A stretch of 64,000 nucleotides of DNA, from NCBI RefSeq assembly GCF_001194135.2, contig NC_068998.1:7496838-7560837 (forward strand), given 5' to 3'. The position numbers and the translations under genes are program-made. A model generated the notes under the pieces. The model made no database searches. It saw only the letters and a list, made by a program, of their open reading frames with translations, and was not told the DNA's origin. Source of the stretch: Octopus bimaculoides (taxonomy: Eukaryota). This document shows positions 12,986 to 27,002 of this stretch, one piece after another. How positions within the stretch are numbered: the stretch's first letter is position 1; each line of letters begins with the position of its first letter.

Positions 12986-13969
12986 AGGTGCATGATTAAA
13001 TAGGTGTGATGGTGTGTACCTTAGACATTAGGGTCTTCAGCTCATTGTTGTAAGGGCTTGATTTTGATACACAGCAGCACATTATCTGCTTGAGCAAGAT
13101 GGTTTATTTAACATTGCTCAAGTTCACTCAGCTGACAATAATGAGCAATCCTGGAATGGACTGGCATCCCATCCAGGTGAGTAGTAACTACACCATGAAT
13201 CCGGGGGAAACTGGTCTTTATGAGACGGTATGACCTGGATAAGGTAACTTTAATTTCAGTTCACTCTGTTGGCAAAAATAAGGTGCCCCCTCACCCATAT
13301 TTCAAAGGGCCTACCTTGTCACATTCTGTGCCATGCTGAATCTCCATAAGAACTATACTAAAGGTACAAATAACTATGGAATGCTCAGCTAGTTGCACAT
13401 TAATTTCACAAGCAGACGGTTCCATTGATCGGATCAACTGGAATTCTCCCATCGTAACCGACGGAATACCAGTTTATGATTAAATAGCTTCAGTGAAAGA
13501 AATAGAAGACGAGTGACTTCATCATAAACCTGAATTAATGTGGACATTTCTAGTTCTCTGGGTTCCATATACAGGAATGAAGTTTGTTTGCATACTTCAT
13601 ATGAAGGGTTTGTAACTTTATTCCTGGCAGATCCTCTGAGTACTGGCGCTATGTATAATACCAATTAATATTATCGGCAAGTTTCAATATTTGAACTGGC
13701 AGCTTCTACCATTGATATTATATCTCACATGCAATGTGTGTGCTTGTGTTGAGGGATCTGAATATATGCATGTATGTAGATGCACAGGTACACAAACAGA
13801 TACACTTGTGTGTGTGTGTGTGTCTGTGTGTGTTTGTGCATTTATACATGTGTGTAGATGTGTTTGCACTTCTTCAATATATGTGTGTGAGAGTGTGTAC
13901 GTGTTGTGTGGGTGTTTATATCATTAAGCAGATTTATGGTTATGCTTCTGTGTATACGAGTGAGAAGGA

Positions 13970-14040
<71 letters not shown>

Positions 14041-14578
14041 TACACATACACACTCACATACACGTTAAGACTTGCATATAGTTTTGTATCTCTCTATATC
14101 AATGTATACAAATAGAGATTCAAACTCACGTTTNNNNNNNNNNNNNNNNNNNNNNNNNNNNNNNNNNNNNNNNNNNNNNNNNNNNNNNNNNNNNNNNNNN
14201 NNNNNNNNNNNNNNNNNNNNNNNNNNNNNNNNNNNNNNNNNNNNNNNNNNNNNNNNNNNNNNNNNNNNNNNNNNNNNNNNNNNNNNNNNNNNNNNNNNNN
14301 NNNNNNNNNNNNNNNNNNNNNNNNNNNNNNNNNNNNNNNNNNNNNNNNNNNNNNNNNNNNNNNNNNNNNNNNNNNNNNNNNNNNNNNNNNNNNNNNNNNN
14401 NNNNNNNNNNNNNNNNNNNNNNNNNNNNNNNNNNNNNNNNNNNNNNNNNNNNNNNNNNNNNNNNNNNNNNNNNNNNNNNNNNNNNNNNNNNNNNNNNNNN
14501 NNNNNNNNNNNNNNNNNNNNNNNNNNNNNNNNNNNNNNNNNNNNNNNNNNNNNNNNNNTATATATATATATATATATA

Positions 14579-14579
14579 T

Positions 14580-14652
<73 letters not shown>

Positions 14653-14925
14653 AAGTGAGAATTTACAAAACAACAACAGATGACGACAGGTGTATAAATA
14701 GATAGATAAATAGATAGGTAGATACACAGATATATAGATAGATAGATAAATTGATAGATAAATAGATAGATATTAAACAGATAGATAAATAAATAAATAG
14801 ATAGATAAATGGATTGATAGAGCAATAAATAGATAAATGGATAGATAAATATATAGACAGATAGCTAGATACATAACTAGATAGATAGATAGATAGATAG
14901 ATACATAGATCGATAGATAGATAGA
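14579..14925. repeat. (GATA)n / (AATA)n microsatellite field
   Basis: Long tagatagata arrays next to an N-gap. Confidence 0.95.
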
Positions 14926-15319
14926 CAGACAGAGTGATAGATATATATTATATATAAACAGAACATTAAATATAGTTAACTTGTAACTGGATTAGAATTC
15001 CAACAGAAGCAGGTGAGATAGGATCATTAACAAGAACTATCTCTGTATATTTGCAATTCATTGCAGATATGAATAGAAGAGAGAATTATTCAGTTGAAAT
15101 ATTATATATTCCCAAAGAGTGACAGAATATGTTGTCAGTTATAAAGCACGCTTTAGTCGAATGAGGCTCATAGGACACTAAATTAAGGCATCGCTGGTAT
15201 CTGTCCTGTTGCGTTGAAGGAGTGAAGGAAAATGGGAAGTAAAAGAGAAAACAACAACATTAGCTGCTTCCTATTTATACACACCGACACAGCTCATATA
15301 GGCGTATACATATATTTGC

Positions 15320-15364
<45 letters not shown>

Positions 15365-15980
15365 ATTTGTGTGTGTGTGTGCATTTACATATGTATGCAG
15401 ATGTAGTGGTATATATATGTATATATACATACATATATATATGTATGCATGAATATGCTTGTGTATATATATATANNNNNNNNNNNNNNNNNNNNNNNNN
15501 NNNNNNNNNNNNNNNNNNNNNNNNNNNNNNNNNNNNNNNNNNNNNNNNNNNNNNNNNNNNNNNNNNNNNNNNNNNNNNNNNNNNNNNNNNNNNNNNNNNN
15601 NNNNNNNNNNNNNNNNNNNNNNNNNNNNNNNNNNNNNNNNNNNNNNNNNNNNNNNNNNNNNNNNNNNNNNNNNNNNNNNNNNNNNNNNNNNNNNNNNNNN
15701 NNNNNNNNNNNNNNNNNNNNNNNNNNNNNNNNNNNNNNNNNNNNNNNNNNNNNNNNNNNNNNNNNNNNNNNNNNNNNNNNNNNNNNNNNNNNNNNNNNNN
15801 NNNNNNNNNNNNNNNNNNNNNNNNNNNNNNNNNNNNNNNNNNNNNNNNNNNNNNNNNNNNNNNNNNNNNNNNNNNNNNNNNNNNNNNNNNNNNNNNNNNN
15901 NNNNNNNNNNNNNNNNNNNNNNNNNNNNNNNNNNNNNNNNNNNNNNNNNNNNNNNNNNNNNNNNNNNNNNNNNNNNNNNN

Positions 15981-16047
<67 letters not shown>

Positions 16048-16855
16048 TATGTATACATACATGTATGTGTGTATGCATATATAGGTTGTAGATCATGTGA
16101 GCATCTAGCTTGCATTCATAATCTCATGGCAACATTAACCATTATATAATCATTCTACAACTAGATATATTTTGATAAATCATTGAAATACTGGTAAAAA
16201 ACAAAAGAAGTATTTCTGTGTTAACTTCATCTTCCCCACTATTTTTCTGCAATACACACACACGCGCACAAACACACACACAGAGAATCGTAAATTGGAA
16301 AGCCGTTTCAATTTACAATTCTTTTTGTTATTGGGGGGGGGGGCTTAGAATTTTTGCTCCCTCCCCTGACTTCAGTTAATGTGTATCAGTAGTGAAAATT
16401 TGTGGTTGTAGCTGTCTTCTAAGCATAATTTGACTGCTAGTTGTCTTCTGTAGTATCCTTAATTATTAATATATATATATAAATGGAACAAAAACGCAAT
16501 AGAGTACAATAAAACATTCAGACAGATAGACAATACAAGGCAGACAAGAGAAACAACATTTAGAAGTACAGGCAAAAATCGACGGGTCATTCATGGCCTT
16601 CTTTCTATATATATATATATCATACACCTTCTGCCCCAATATGAAGAACATTATAACTTGCAAAAATCACCAAGAGACCACTCCCAGTTATAACTGTTGA
16701 GACACTGCAGCTTGACTAGGTCTATATGGTAAACTCCATCATATACGAGGCTGAAGGTACAGCTAAATTCCAAGACAGATCAGTTGAAAAGAAGAATTAC
16801 ATCAGGTGTAATTTTATAAATATGCCTGATCAAGTATCATAATATGTGTATTTAA

Positions 16856-16889
<34 letters not shown>

Positions 16890-16891
<2 letters not shown>

Positions 16892-17095
16892 CTGTGTCTG
16901 TGTTTGTCCCCACCCTTTATAGATTGACCGGTGTTGGTGTGTTTACATCCCCATAACTTAGCAACCAATATTATATGTACTAAGCTGAAGAAATAAGTCC
17001 TGGGGTTGATTTGTTTGACTAAAACCCTTAAAGGCATTGCTCCAATTTTGCTGCAGTCACATGACTGAAACAAATTAAAAAATAAAAGAATAAAA
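16890..17095 (+). mobile_element. SINE family C, 3' half (microsatellite-containing)
   Basis: GTGTCTGTGTTTGTCCCC...GGTGTTGGTGTGTTTACATCCCCATAACTTAGC...ATAAGTCCTGGGGTTGAT...CATGACTGAAACAA. Homologues at 62490-62740 (+), 48025-48298 (-) and 32694-32940 (-). Confidence 0.8.
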
Positions 17096-17189
17096 TTCTA
17101 TATTATTGTTAAGTAATCGTTACTCATTGGATATGAACCATTCAGAAGCTAAGAAAATGTATGGAAGGCTTTGTCTCTAATTACAAACT

Positions 17190-17495
17190 GAAAGATCAAA
17201 CGCAAATTCTAGAGACATTATGCAAACCACCTATCTTTTTTCTGGCACATTGATAAAAATTATGCAATTAAGTTGGCTAGCCATCTATGGAATTTGGTGA
17301 GCAACTCCATAACATATACAATTAAGTGGATAACAGGGGAGAAATCAAAGCCATATGTTAATGGATCTAAGAAATGCAACTAGTGCATAGCAGAAAAATC
17401 TCATATTCTTTTTAGATTCAGCAATTCCAACATACTGCCTAATCTCAGATCTGAAATTTCTAGCAAGTGTAGATACATGAACATGTTTCTTTTAC
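17190..17495 (+). mobile_element. Penelope-like element: degraded C-terminal GIY-YIG endonuclease region
   Basis: Frame of 17213: KF*RHYANHLSFFWHIDKNYAIKLASHLWNLVSNSITYTIKWITGEKSKPYVNGSKKCN*CIAEKSHILFRFSNSNILPNLRSEISSKCRYMNMFLL. This matches the PLE pattern FKxRYxNH..SF...T.LS.H.W.LK.....IKW.I....PY......C.LC..EK..I....LN.RSE..SKCRH..KFLL. Confidence 0.85.
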
Positions 17496-17519
17496 CAGTT
17501 TCATTGGTGTATATGTCCC

Positions 17520-17736
17520 CCCCCCCCCCATATACACTCCTGCAAGATGCAGGAGGAAAGAGTGAGAGAAAGTTATGGCGAAAGTGTCAGCAGACGTTCA
17601 CCATTACCTTCTGCTGGAGCTGCATAAAGCTGAGGTGTTTCACTCAGAAACACCCACATTGCCCAGTCTGAGATTCAAACCCATGATCCCTTGACCACGT
17701 GTCCGCTGCTTTAACCAGTAGGCCATGTGCCTCCAC
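17520..17736 (-). mobile_element. tRNA-derived SINE family D, diverged
   Basis: Minus-strand head GTGGAGGCACATGGCCTACTGGTTAAAGCAGCGG...GGGTTTGAATCTCAG; homologous to 56717-57016. Confidence 0.75.
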
Positions 17737-18152
17737 TGTCAGTTCATTACCTCAAGCTATTTGTTCCTAGTTTATCTGTTTAATTTTCATGCTAGATTTG
17801 TTTTATGGTTTCTCTGTAGGTCTTGTCAATCTATTTCAAATATTTTTCAATGATTTTGTTTCGTTTCTGTCTATCAGATCCACACATTTCGTTTTGGTCA
17901 GCCTGTAACTAAGAGTGACTTCGTTCTTAGACTGGTCTATTGTTTTGGACTGGACTTAGTTCTTCATCTGGGTTATTGTCACAAAATGTTTGAAAACTTT
18001 GTGACCCATTTGACTTATATTCTTTTTCGGGGTGGCTTGGTTCTTAGATTGGCTTATAGCTTTTGACTGGACACAGACTGGTCTATTGTCACAAAAGGTT
18101 TGGAGACATTTCAGTAATTTTAGAGTGACTTAGTTCTTAGACAGGTAACTTT

Positions 18153-18225
18153 TGCTGCTGCTACTGCTGCTGCTGCTGCTACTGCTGCTACTGCTGCTGC
18201 TGCTGCTACTGCTGCTGCTGCTGCT
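18153..18225. repeat. (GCT)n trinucleotide repeat with GCTACT interruptions
   Basis: Read directly from the sequence. Confidence 0.95.
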
Positions 18226-18792
18226 TTAAAAGCCATATTTTTCACTATATGATGGGGAACAGATATCAAATCTAGAAATGTTATTTCTGACTAGTGCTTT
18301 ATCCATGTCATATGATGATGTATTTACCAGCATCTTATCATTACTGATTCTGAAGATAACTATTAACTTTATGGGTTCCTGTCTCTTGTGGAGATATTTA
18401 TTGCATCGGAAATATTTGCCATTCCAGAATAAAATAACATGTTAGTTTATAACTTAGAATATGAAATAAATTGACTTTCACAAACTTCACTTGCTAGTTC
18501 TTGTCTCTTTCCTTACCATTTAACATGCACACAGATGAGAAAAAAAAAACAAAATATAAAACATGGAAAGAAAATAATTCTTAGTATATTTTTACTTCTG
18601 CTGTTTGCCTTTATATTATTTGCTGCTTTTGTTTTTACATGTTTAATGCATATTTTGTGTGTGCATGGAAGAAGTAGCATGGTTTTTTTTTTTTTTTTTA
18701 ATGATGACGTAGATATTTAAAGTGGACACTTCTAAGAACCACATGTATCTTTTCTTTTTCCCTTTCTCGTTAAAATAAAAATGTGTGTGTGT

Positions 18793-18835
<43 letters not shown>

Positions 18836-18933
18836 TACATATTTGTATATATATACATACATATATATGTGTGTGTGTGTGTATATAGGTATCTATTTAG
18901 GTATGCATTTATATCTAAATGTATATATGAGCA

Positions 18934-19014
<81 letters not shown>

Positions 19015-21931
19015 GCATATTTATATACATATACATAAGTATTTATATGCATTTACATAAGTATGTATGTATATAATTCTATATATGCATGCATATACTA
19101 TTACAATTTTGCATTTTCTTGTATCTCTCACATATAAATATGGTTGCAAATAAATATTTTCCAAGAGTCTGAATGCAGAATTGTAAAAGGAAAAAAAAAA
19201 CATTTTCCATCAGTCCAAAAAAAAAAAAAAGAAACAAAGAAATGAAAGGAAAGGGAAAAAGAAAACCCTTATATTTTCAGTTGTCTTTTTTCTTCTTTTT
19301 CTTCTTAGATTTTTCTCTTTAAAAAAAAAAAAAAAAATTTTTCTCCATTCATTTATTTATTGTACATTATGTACATCTCCATATATGACTCTTCTTACAT
19401 ATGTAATCCATTTAACTGTTTGTAAGCATTTGGGAGCTTATCGTTAGCGCAGTCTCATCCAGTATAGAATTTTATATCTTATGGCAATATCTGAAAACAG
19501 ATATCAAGCGATAAACTTCTAGATATTTTTACAGGAGAATAATTTCCAACATTGATAGCATTTCAAAGAATAAATCGGCTTCAATGGTTAATTATCTTAT
19601 GAGGAAATAGTATTGGAACATTAGCTTTGTGCAACCCTGAAAGATCTTGACAATGGATGTTAGATTAACAGACCGTAAAACAGATTTTATTTTCCTCCGA
19701 CATTTAACATATATGTATATATATATATGTGGTGAATGGGTCTATATGCTTATATGCAGACATGTGTATATCTGTATATATTTATATAGGTATTTTAACA
19801 TGTTTGTATATCTCTATATGTGAGCTAGTGTGTATATGTTTATATGAATATGTGTGTATGTCTGTATATCTTCACATATGTATGTCTACATGTGTGTATA
19901 TGTTTATATGTGTATGTGAGCTAGTGTATATATATTTGCGTTTGTATATGTTTATATTTATGCATACATTTATATATATACGTATTCATATATGTATGTT
20001 TATTTTTGTACACATATATTTATATGTGTATGGATAAGCAAACGTTTATATGAGTATGTATGTGTGTAAAAGCAAATGTTTAAATGCATACATATATATA
20101 TGTGTGTGTAAGTAAATGTTTATATGTGTATGCATGAGTGTATGAGCATACATACATATGTATATTTATATGCATATATGCATATGTTTATATATGTATG
20201 TTTGTATGTATAGGCATAGGTATATATGTGTGTGTATGCATATATATATGTGTATGTTTGTATATATATGCGTCGGTATATAAGTATATGTGTGTGTATA
20301 TGCATAAGTATATATGCATATTTATATGTGTATATACATATGTGTATGTATATCCATAGTTAAGTTTATGTATGTTTGTATATGCAGAGGTACATAAGCA
20401 TATGTATGTGTGTATGTATGTATGTATGTATATTTATATGTGTATATGCATATGTGTATGTATATCCATAGTTAAGTATATGTATGCATGTATATGCAGA
20501 GGTATATAAACATATGTATGTATGTACGTATGTATATTTATATGTGTATATGCAAATGTTTATGTGTGCATGTATGTAGGTATGTGTGTATATGTGTAGG
20601 TATATGTGTATATGTGTGTGTATTTATGCTTGTGTTTACATGCATATTTATGTGCGTATATGCTAATATTCGTAAGTGTTGTATCCCTCCCAAACTATAA
20701 TACATACGTTGAATTGGAAGGACGGCAGTTGATTTAATGGTTAAGGAAATCAGGCACCACAACTGTGGATACGTTCAAAGAATAATCCAATACTGCTAAT
20801 AAAATATTTGATAGAAGCAGTTGAGAGACACAAAGACAGAAAGACAAACAGAAAGAAACAAAGAATAAATGAACAAACCATAATGAAAAGCAAATTCAAA
20901 CACCGAATAGATTCTATTTTAATTCATGCTGCATTTCCGGCCTCAAGCTAAATCTTAGTAATGATGTGGAATGAAATACTTACAAACATTGTAATAGTTA
21001 TTTTGTATGTTCAAGGAACGTTTGTTAGCTGTTGCTATGAAGAATAAAACTCACCCATGAGCATTTTGTCAATTTTCCTTCCATAAAAAAAATAAAATGA
21101 TTAAAAAGTCAAAAAAAAAAAAATGAAAAGAATTGGAGGATGTAATAAAAAAAAACAAATGTAAATTATTAAAACCTGACGAAAGAGTAAAACAAGATTA
21201 AACTGTTGCCACAATGTCATTAGTTTGATATTATTTTGAGAAAGAGACTACTTCAGAGCAAATCCAAATATTCAGTTGAAAAANNNNNNNNNNNNNNNNN
21301 NNNNNNNNNNNNNNNNNNNNNNNNNNNNNNNNNNNNNNNNNNNNNNNNNNNNNNNNNNNNNNNNNNNNNNNNNNNNNNNNNNNNNNNNNNNNNNNNNNNN
21401 NNNNNNNNNNNNNNNNNNNNNNNNNNNNNNNNNNNNNNNNNNNNNNNNNNNNNNNNNNNNNNNNNNNNNNNNNNNNNNNNNNNNNNNNNNNNNNNNNNNN
21501 NNNNNNNNNNNNNNNNNNNNNNNNNNNNNNNNNNNNNNNNNNNNNNNNNNNNNNNNNNNNNNNNNNNNNNNNNNNNNNNNNNNNNNNNNNNNNNNNNNNN
21601 NNNNNNNNNNNNNNNNNNNNNNNNNNNNNNNNNNNNNNNNNNNNNNNNNNNNNACACACAAATAAAAATTCACTCAAATAAATATATAAATAAGGAAAAT
21701 TCTAAAACAAAACTACACTCACGCACTCACTCACACGCACAATATATATATAAATATACATCTATACTCACAAGTATATATCTTTATACATACATGTAAA
21801 TACAAATATACACTCAATATACACAAACATATATATATACATATGTATATACAAAATTATCATAAATAGATGGAGCTTTATACCTATGTATGAGTATATA
21901 TGTATATATATATTGTATATATATAGTATAC

Positions 21932-21977
<46 letters not shown>

Positions 21978-22446
21978 ATACACATACACATAAACCAAGT
22001 GTATGTAAATATGCAGATTATATTTCTGTCTTTAGGCATGGTCTATGTATATATACATATGTTAAGTGCACATGTGCATGTTGTGCCTCTGTATATATGC
22101 ATACATTTGTGTGTGTGTGGGAGAGAGAGAAATGGAGATTGGGAGATAGGGAGCTATGTGCATGTCCTCATGCAAACGTTTATAATAAGAGCAGAGTTTT
22201 AAGGAGAATCCCTAACCTTCAGTTGATTGTTCCATGTTATCCTGTTACCCTTGTTTAAAACTCTATCTGACCAACCAACTGATTTCTTATCTTTATGTTC
22301 TTTCATGATCCATTTATTTCACGGCAGCCACACATCTAATTCCCTATAAATTCATGATAGCGCTCCCTGCTCTGTTATTACGGTAGTCAACATTTTTGTA
22401 GTATTCGCTGAAATAGCATCTAAGATCTCACTCTTATACTACATTT

Positions 22447-22497
<51 letters not shown>

Positions 22498-22613
22498 CAT
22501 ACATATATTTATATACATACATACACATATATACATATATATACATACATACATAAATATATATACATATATACACATATATACATGTATATATATATAT
22601 CTATATCTATCTA

Positions 22614-22676
<63 letters not shown>

Positions 22677-23800
22677 GTTTGTATGTATGTATGTTGTACA
22701 TATGTATGCATGTATGTATGTACTGAAAGCCAAAGAAAGTTATAAAATGAGTTGTTCCATTCAATTTATCTGCTTTTATCATACCTTAACCAAAACCACA
22801 TAAAACTCAGATTTGATTAATCTTTATTGACAAATATGAAATTGTTTATTTTTCTGTTGACTTGGGCATAAAGGTCTTGTCTTTGGTAGTGGAGGTGGGG
22901 AGTTACAGAAAGAGGCAAGCTCTTGTAATAATAATGACGAAGATGATGCTGCTACTGTTTTATAAAGATGATGATAGTAACCACATAGAGGCCACATAAA
23001 TTTCATTTATAATAGGCAGTCTTTTTTCTGAGTTTATTTAATAGGTCATTGACTGAACTTTCATTAACATAATTGTTGCCTGAGTCATTCTCACTGTCAC
23101 AAATGTTATACATCCTTCACTTTCTCATTGTGCTATAAATCTCATGCCATTCTTATTTTGCAATGTTTCAAAGAAATAGATGGTGGAATCTGTGGAATAT
23201 TGAATGAAATGGTGGGTCAGTGTTTAGTTATCTTCTTCTATATACTGAGTTCATATCCTCTTGTGGCCAGACACTGCTTTTCATCCTTCTTGGTGTAATA
23301 AAGTGGTAAGAAGCTCTCAAGAGAAGTTAAGAGCAGAAGGACATCAGAGATGAAAACCCCACTAAAGCAGATGGTTTAAGTCCTGCTTAGGTAGACTTTG
23401 TCTTTCATCATTTCAGCTTCTATAAAAATAAGCAGAGCTCAAGGACTGAAGGTTGATTGGGTCAAGTGAGAGTAACCCTTGTCCTAAATTCGTGCTTTTG
23501 GTCCCTGGAAAGGTTTTTAGAGTTTGAAAATCATTTCACACATTTTCCCTTCATTAAATTTTTACGTTTGTTTGGACTTCCCTCTCTCTCTCCCTCTCTC
23601 TCTCTTTCTCTCGCTCTCTCTCTCCCTCTCTCTCTCTCGCTCTGTCTCTCTCTTTTTACTTCATTGCTTAAATGGTCAACAGGTAAAGGATAAAAAAAAA
23701 GTACCCACNNNNNNNNNNNNNNNNNNNNNNNNNNNNNNNNNNNNNNNNNNNNNNNNNNNNNNNNNNNNNNNNNNNNNNNNGAAAGCAAGAAATATATATG

Positions 23801-23831
<31 letters not shown>

Positions 23832-24529
23832 GTATATATATATATATGTGTATATATATAAAAAATCAGATAAATGAACATTATTATTTATGTCTTAAAA
23901 TTCATATCCGTTTATATGAGTTTGTCTTAATTCTTGGCAATATTTTATTTGAATTTTATCCATTTTTCTTGTTTCTGACTGTCCCTCCTCCATATTTAGA
24001 AAGGCAGCCTAGCATGTTTGGTAATTTACCCAGGCAAACTGGAATTATTCCAAGACACCACTTAGTAAAACACTTCTGGGAGTTTGGAGTTTTATCAAAC
24101 AATAAACTTAGAATGTTCACTCTTCAGCTGTTATTTTTTGTATGGTATACATTCACGCACGCAGGCACACACACACACACACACACACGTGTGTATAATA
24201 TTTTTATTATATATACATATATATAAACATACACATGTATATATATGTACATACATACATGCATACATTATACGTATATATATATATATGTTTGTATATA
24301 TGTGTATCTATATATATATACACACCCACACACCCACACCCACACACCCACACCCACACACACACACACAAACACACACACACATGCATGTATGCATGCA
24401 CACAGACAGACATACATATGATTTTATATCATGTATATGAATATACAAATGGAAATGTATTAAATATTTGTATACATACATATCAATACAAACGTATAGA
24501 TGTGTGTGTGTGTGTGTGTGTGTGTGAAG

Positions 24530-24757
24530 TGTTGGGGAGACAAACACAGACACACAAACATATACAGACACATACATATATCCATATATATACACACACA
24601 CATATATATACGACCGTCTTCTTTCAGTTTCCGTCTACCAAATCCACTCACAAGGATTTGGTCGGCCGGAGGCTACAGTAGAAGACATTTGCCCAAGGTG
24701 CCATGCACCCAGAACCACGTGGTTGGTAAGCAAGCTACTTACCTCACAGCCACTCCT
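24530..24757 (-). mobile_element. SINE family C, 5' half (tRNA head and core)
   Basis: CTTTCAGTTTCCGTCTACCAAATCCACTCACAAGG...CCCAAGGTGCCATGCA...CAAGCTACTTACCTCACAGCCACTCCT, closely similar to 32955-33113. Confidence 0.85.
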
Positions 24758-25823
24758 AGGCCTCATATGAGAATTTATTAATCATGACAATTGTTTGGAC
24801 ATATCTAGCAATGATCCCTTATGGGTGGGATACTCAATAACTAGTTTAGGAGCATTCAGTGGTGCAAACGTATCTTGTCGGGTGATAAATGGATACAACA
24901 CATTAAAATAACCGTTTAACCCAAGGCACCAAGAGAGAGTCACTGACAAGCATTGATGTAATTGTGAAATTACTGGTGATCTGGCTATGCCAAGGTGCTG
25001 AGGGATCTTGCCTCCTTTGCCAGTCATTAAGATAAGTGCTTCTTGTGGCTAAGAGTTGTTTTAACTCTTGTTTCTAGCAATACTGGTGTTCACTAGTGTC
25101 CCCAGTTACTTTAGTAACGTATATATTTCTGTCTTTCGGTTGTAAAATTGCAAACAAGCCACGATCATTACTGATATATATATATATGTAGAAACTCTGG
25201 CAAATCAGATTGGAGCCTGGTGTAGCCATCTGGTTTCACCAGTCCTCAGTCAAATCGTCCAACCCATNNNNNNNNNNNNNNNNNNNNNNNNNNNNNNNNN
25301 NNNNNNNNNNNNNNNNNNNNNNNNNNNNNNNNNNNNNNNNNNNNNNNNNNNNNNNNNNNNNNNNNNNNNNNNNNNNNNNNNNNNNNNNNNNNNNNNNNNN
25401 NNNNNNNNNNNNNNNNNNNNNNNNNNNNNNNNNNNNNNNNNNNNNNNNNNNNNNNNNNNNNNNNNNNNNNNNNNNNNNNNNNNNNNNNNNNNNNNNNNNN
25501 NNNNNNNNNNNNNNNNNNNNNNNNNNNNNNNNNNNNNNNNNNNNNNNNNNNNNNNNNNNNNNNNNNNNNNNNNNNNNNNNNNNNNNNNNNNNNNNNNNNN
25601 NNNNNNNNNNNNNNNNNNNNNNNNNNNNNNNNNNNNNNNNNNNNNNNNNNNNNNNNNNNNNNNNNNNNNNNNNNNNNNNNNNNNNNNNNNNNNNNNNNNN
25701 NNNNNNNNNNNNNNNNNNNNNNNNNNNNNNNNNNNNNNNNNNNNNNNNNNNNNNNNNNNNNNNNNNNNNNNNNNNNNNNNNNNNNNNNNNNNNNNNNNNN
25801 NNNNNNNNNNNNNNNNNNNNNNN

Positions 25824-25854
<31 letters not shown>

Positions 25855-26180
25855 GAGGTATAGAGAGAGAGAGAGAGAGGACCCTAGCATGGATCCAAAC
25901 CAATAATTCAAACTCGTAAAAGAATACGAGAATATACATGCACATGCATGTGGGTGCACGTGTGTGTGTGCATAGTATGTATATTTCTATACTTCTATAA
26001 ACTTAGAACAGATAACAGTAAAAGGAAGAAGAAAAAAAAATCTCTCTAAATTGCACTGGGAATCGGAATATATATTTCCTTCCAGCAGAATATGGTTGTT
26101 TTACTTTAATCTTGACATATTTCTAACTATGAGCTTGGCGTTCTCTTAATGGAACTTTCTATTAAAGAAAGCCAAAATGA

Positions 26181-26211
<31 letters not shown>

Positions 26212-26557
26212 TAGAAAAAAATTGGTTAATATTTGAGTTGAGGAATCTGGCAGTGTTCACAAAAATAAATGAAGGAATAAATAAATAAATAAATAGAAAT
26301 AAATATTGATGTCTACGAAAAAGATTTCTTTCTTCTTTTATTTTGGTCTCATGTTTTTGCAATATCTATGATCATGGTCAATGTATGAGCCAATGAAAGC
26401 TATTCTATAAGACATTGCACGGAGTTGTTGCTTGACTTGTTAGAAACAGCAGAGATATTCAGAAATATTCAGAAATATTCATGATGCAGGCATGGTTATA
26501 GGTGATGTGTGGTTAAAAAGTTTGATTCATAACATATTGGATAAGAAGTCTCTTCTA

Positions 26558-26690
26558 CAGGGTGTCCACAAGGTCTAGGTACATGGAGTAAATAAAATCA
26601 TAACATAAACAATTAAATATAAGAAATAATAATTTCTTAAAGTATGTGTTAATCCCCACCCCTATGTACCCAGACTTTGTGGATACCCTA
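26558..26690. mobile_element. ~130-bp Tc1/mariner-type MITE
   Basis: TA|CAGGGTGTCCACAAGGTCTAGGTACAT at the left end. ATGTACCCAGACTTTGTGGATACCCT at the right end is its inverted repeat, with 3 mismatches. AT-rich core. Confidence 0.8.
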
Positions 26691-26776
26691 ATGTAACCCT
26701 AAATTGACTAATGATTTGTGAGTGGATTTCTTAAACTGAAAATGAAAGTAGCCCCCCCCCCACACACACATATATA

Positions 26777-26910
26777 GACATGGCTGTGTGGTTAGGAAGC
26801 TTGCTTCCCAGTCACATGGTTTCGGGTTCGATCCCACTGTATGGCATCTTGGGCATCACAAGCCAAACAAAGCCTTGTGTGTGGATTTGGTAGGTGGGAG
26901 TCTCCATCGT
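26777..26910 (+). mobile_element. SINE family C head, internally deleted
   Basis: ATGGCTGTGTGGTTAGGAAGCTTGCTTCCC...GGGTTCGATCCCACTG...AAAGCCTTGTGTGTGGATTTGGTAG. Confidence 0.8.
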
Positions 26911-27002
26911 GTGTGTGTGTACATGTGTGTGTAAGTGCTTGTGCCTACAAACAGAGAGAAAGGAATATATCATAGTATTACAGTATCTACCAGACTGATA
27001 TT

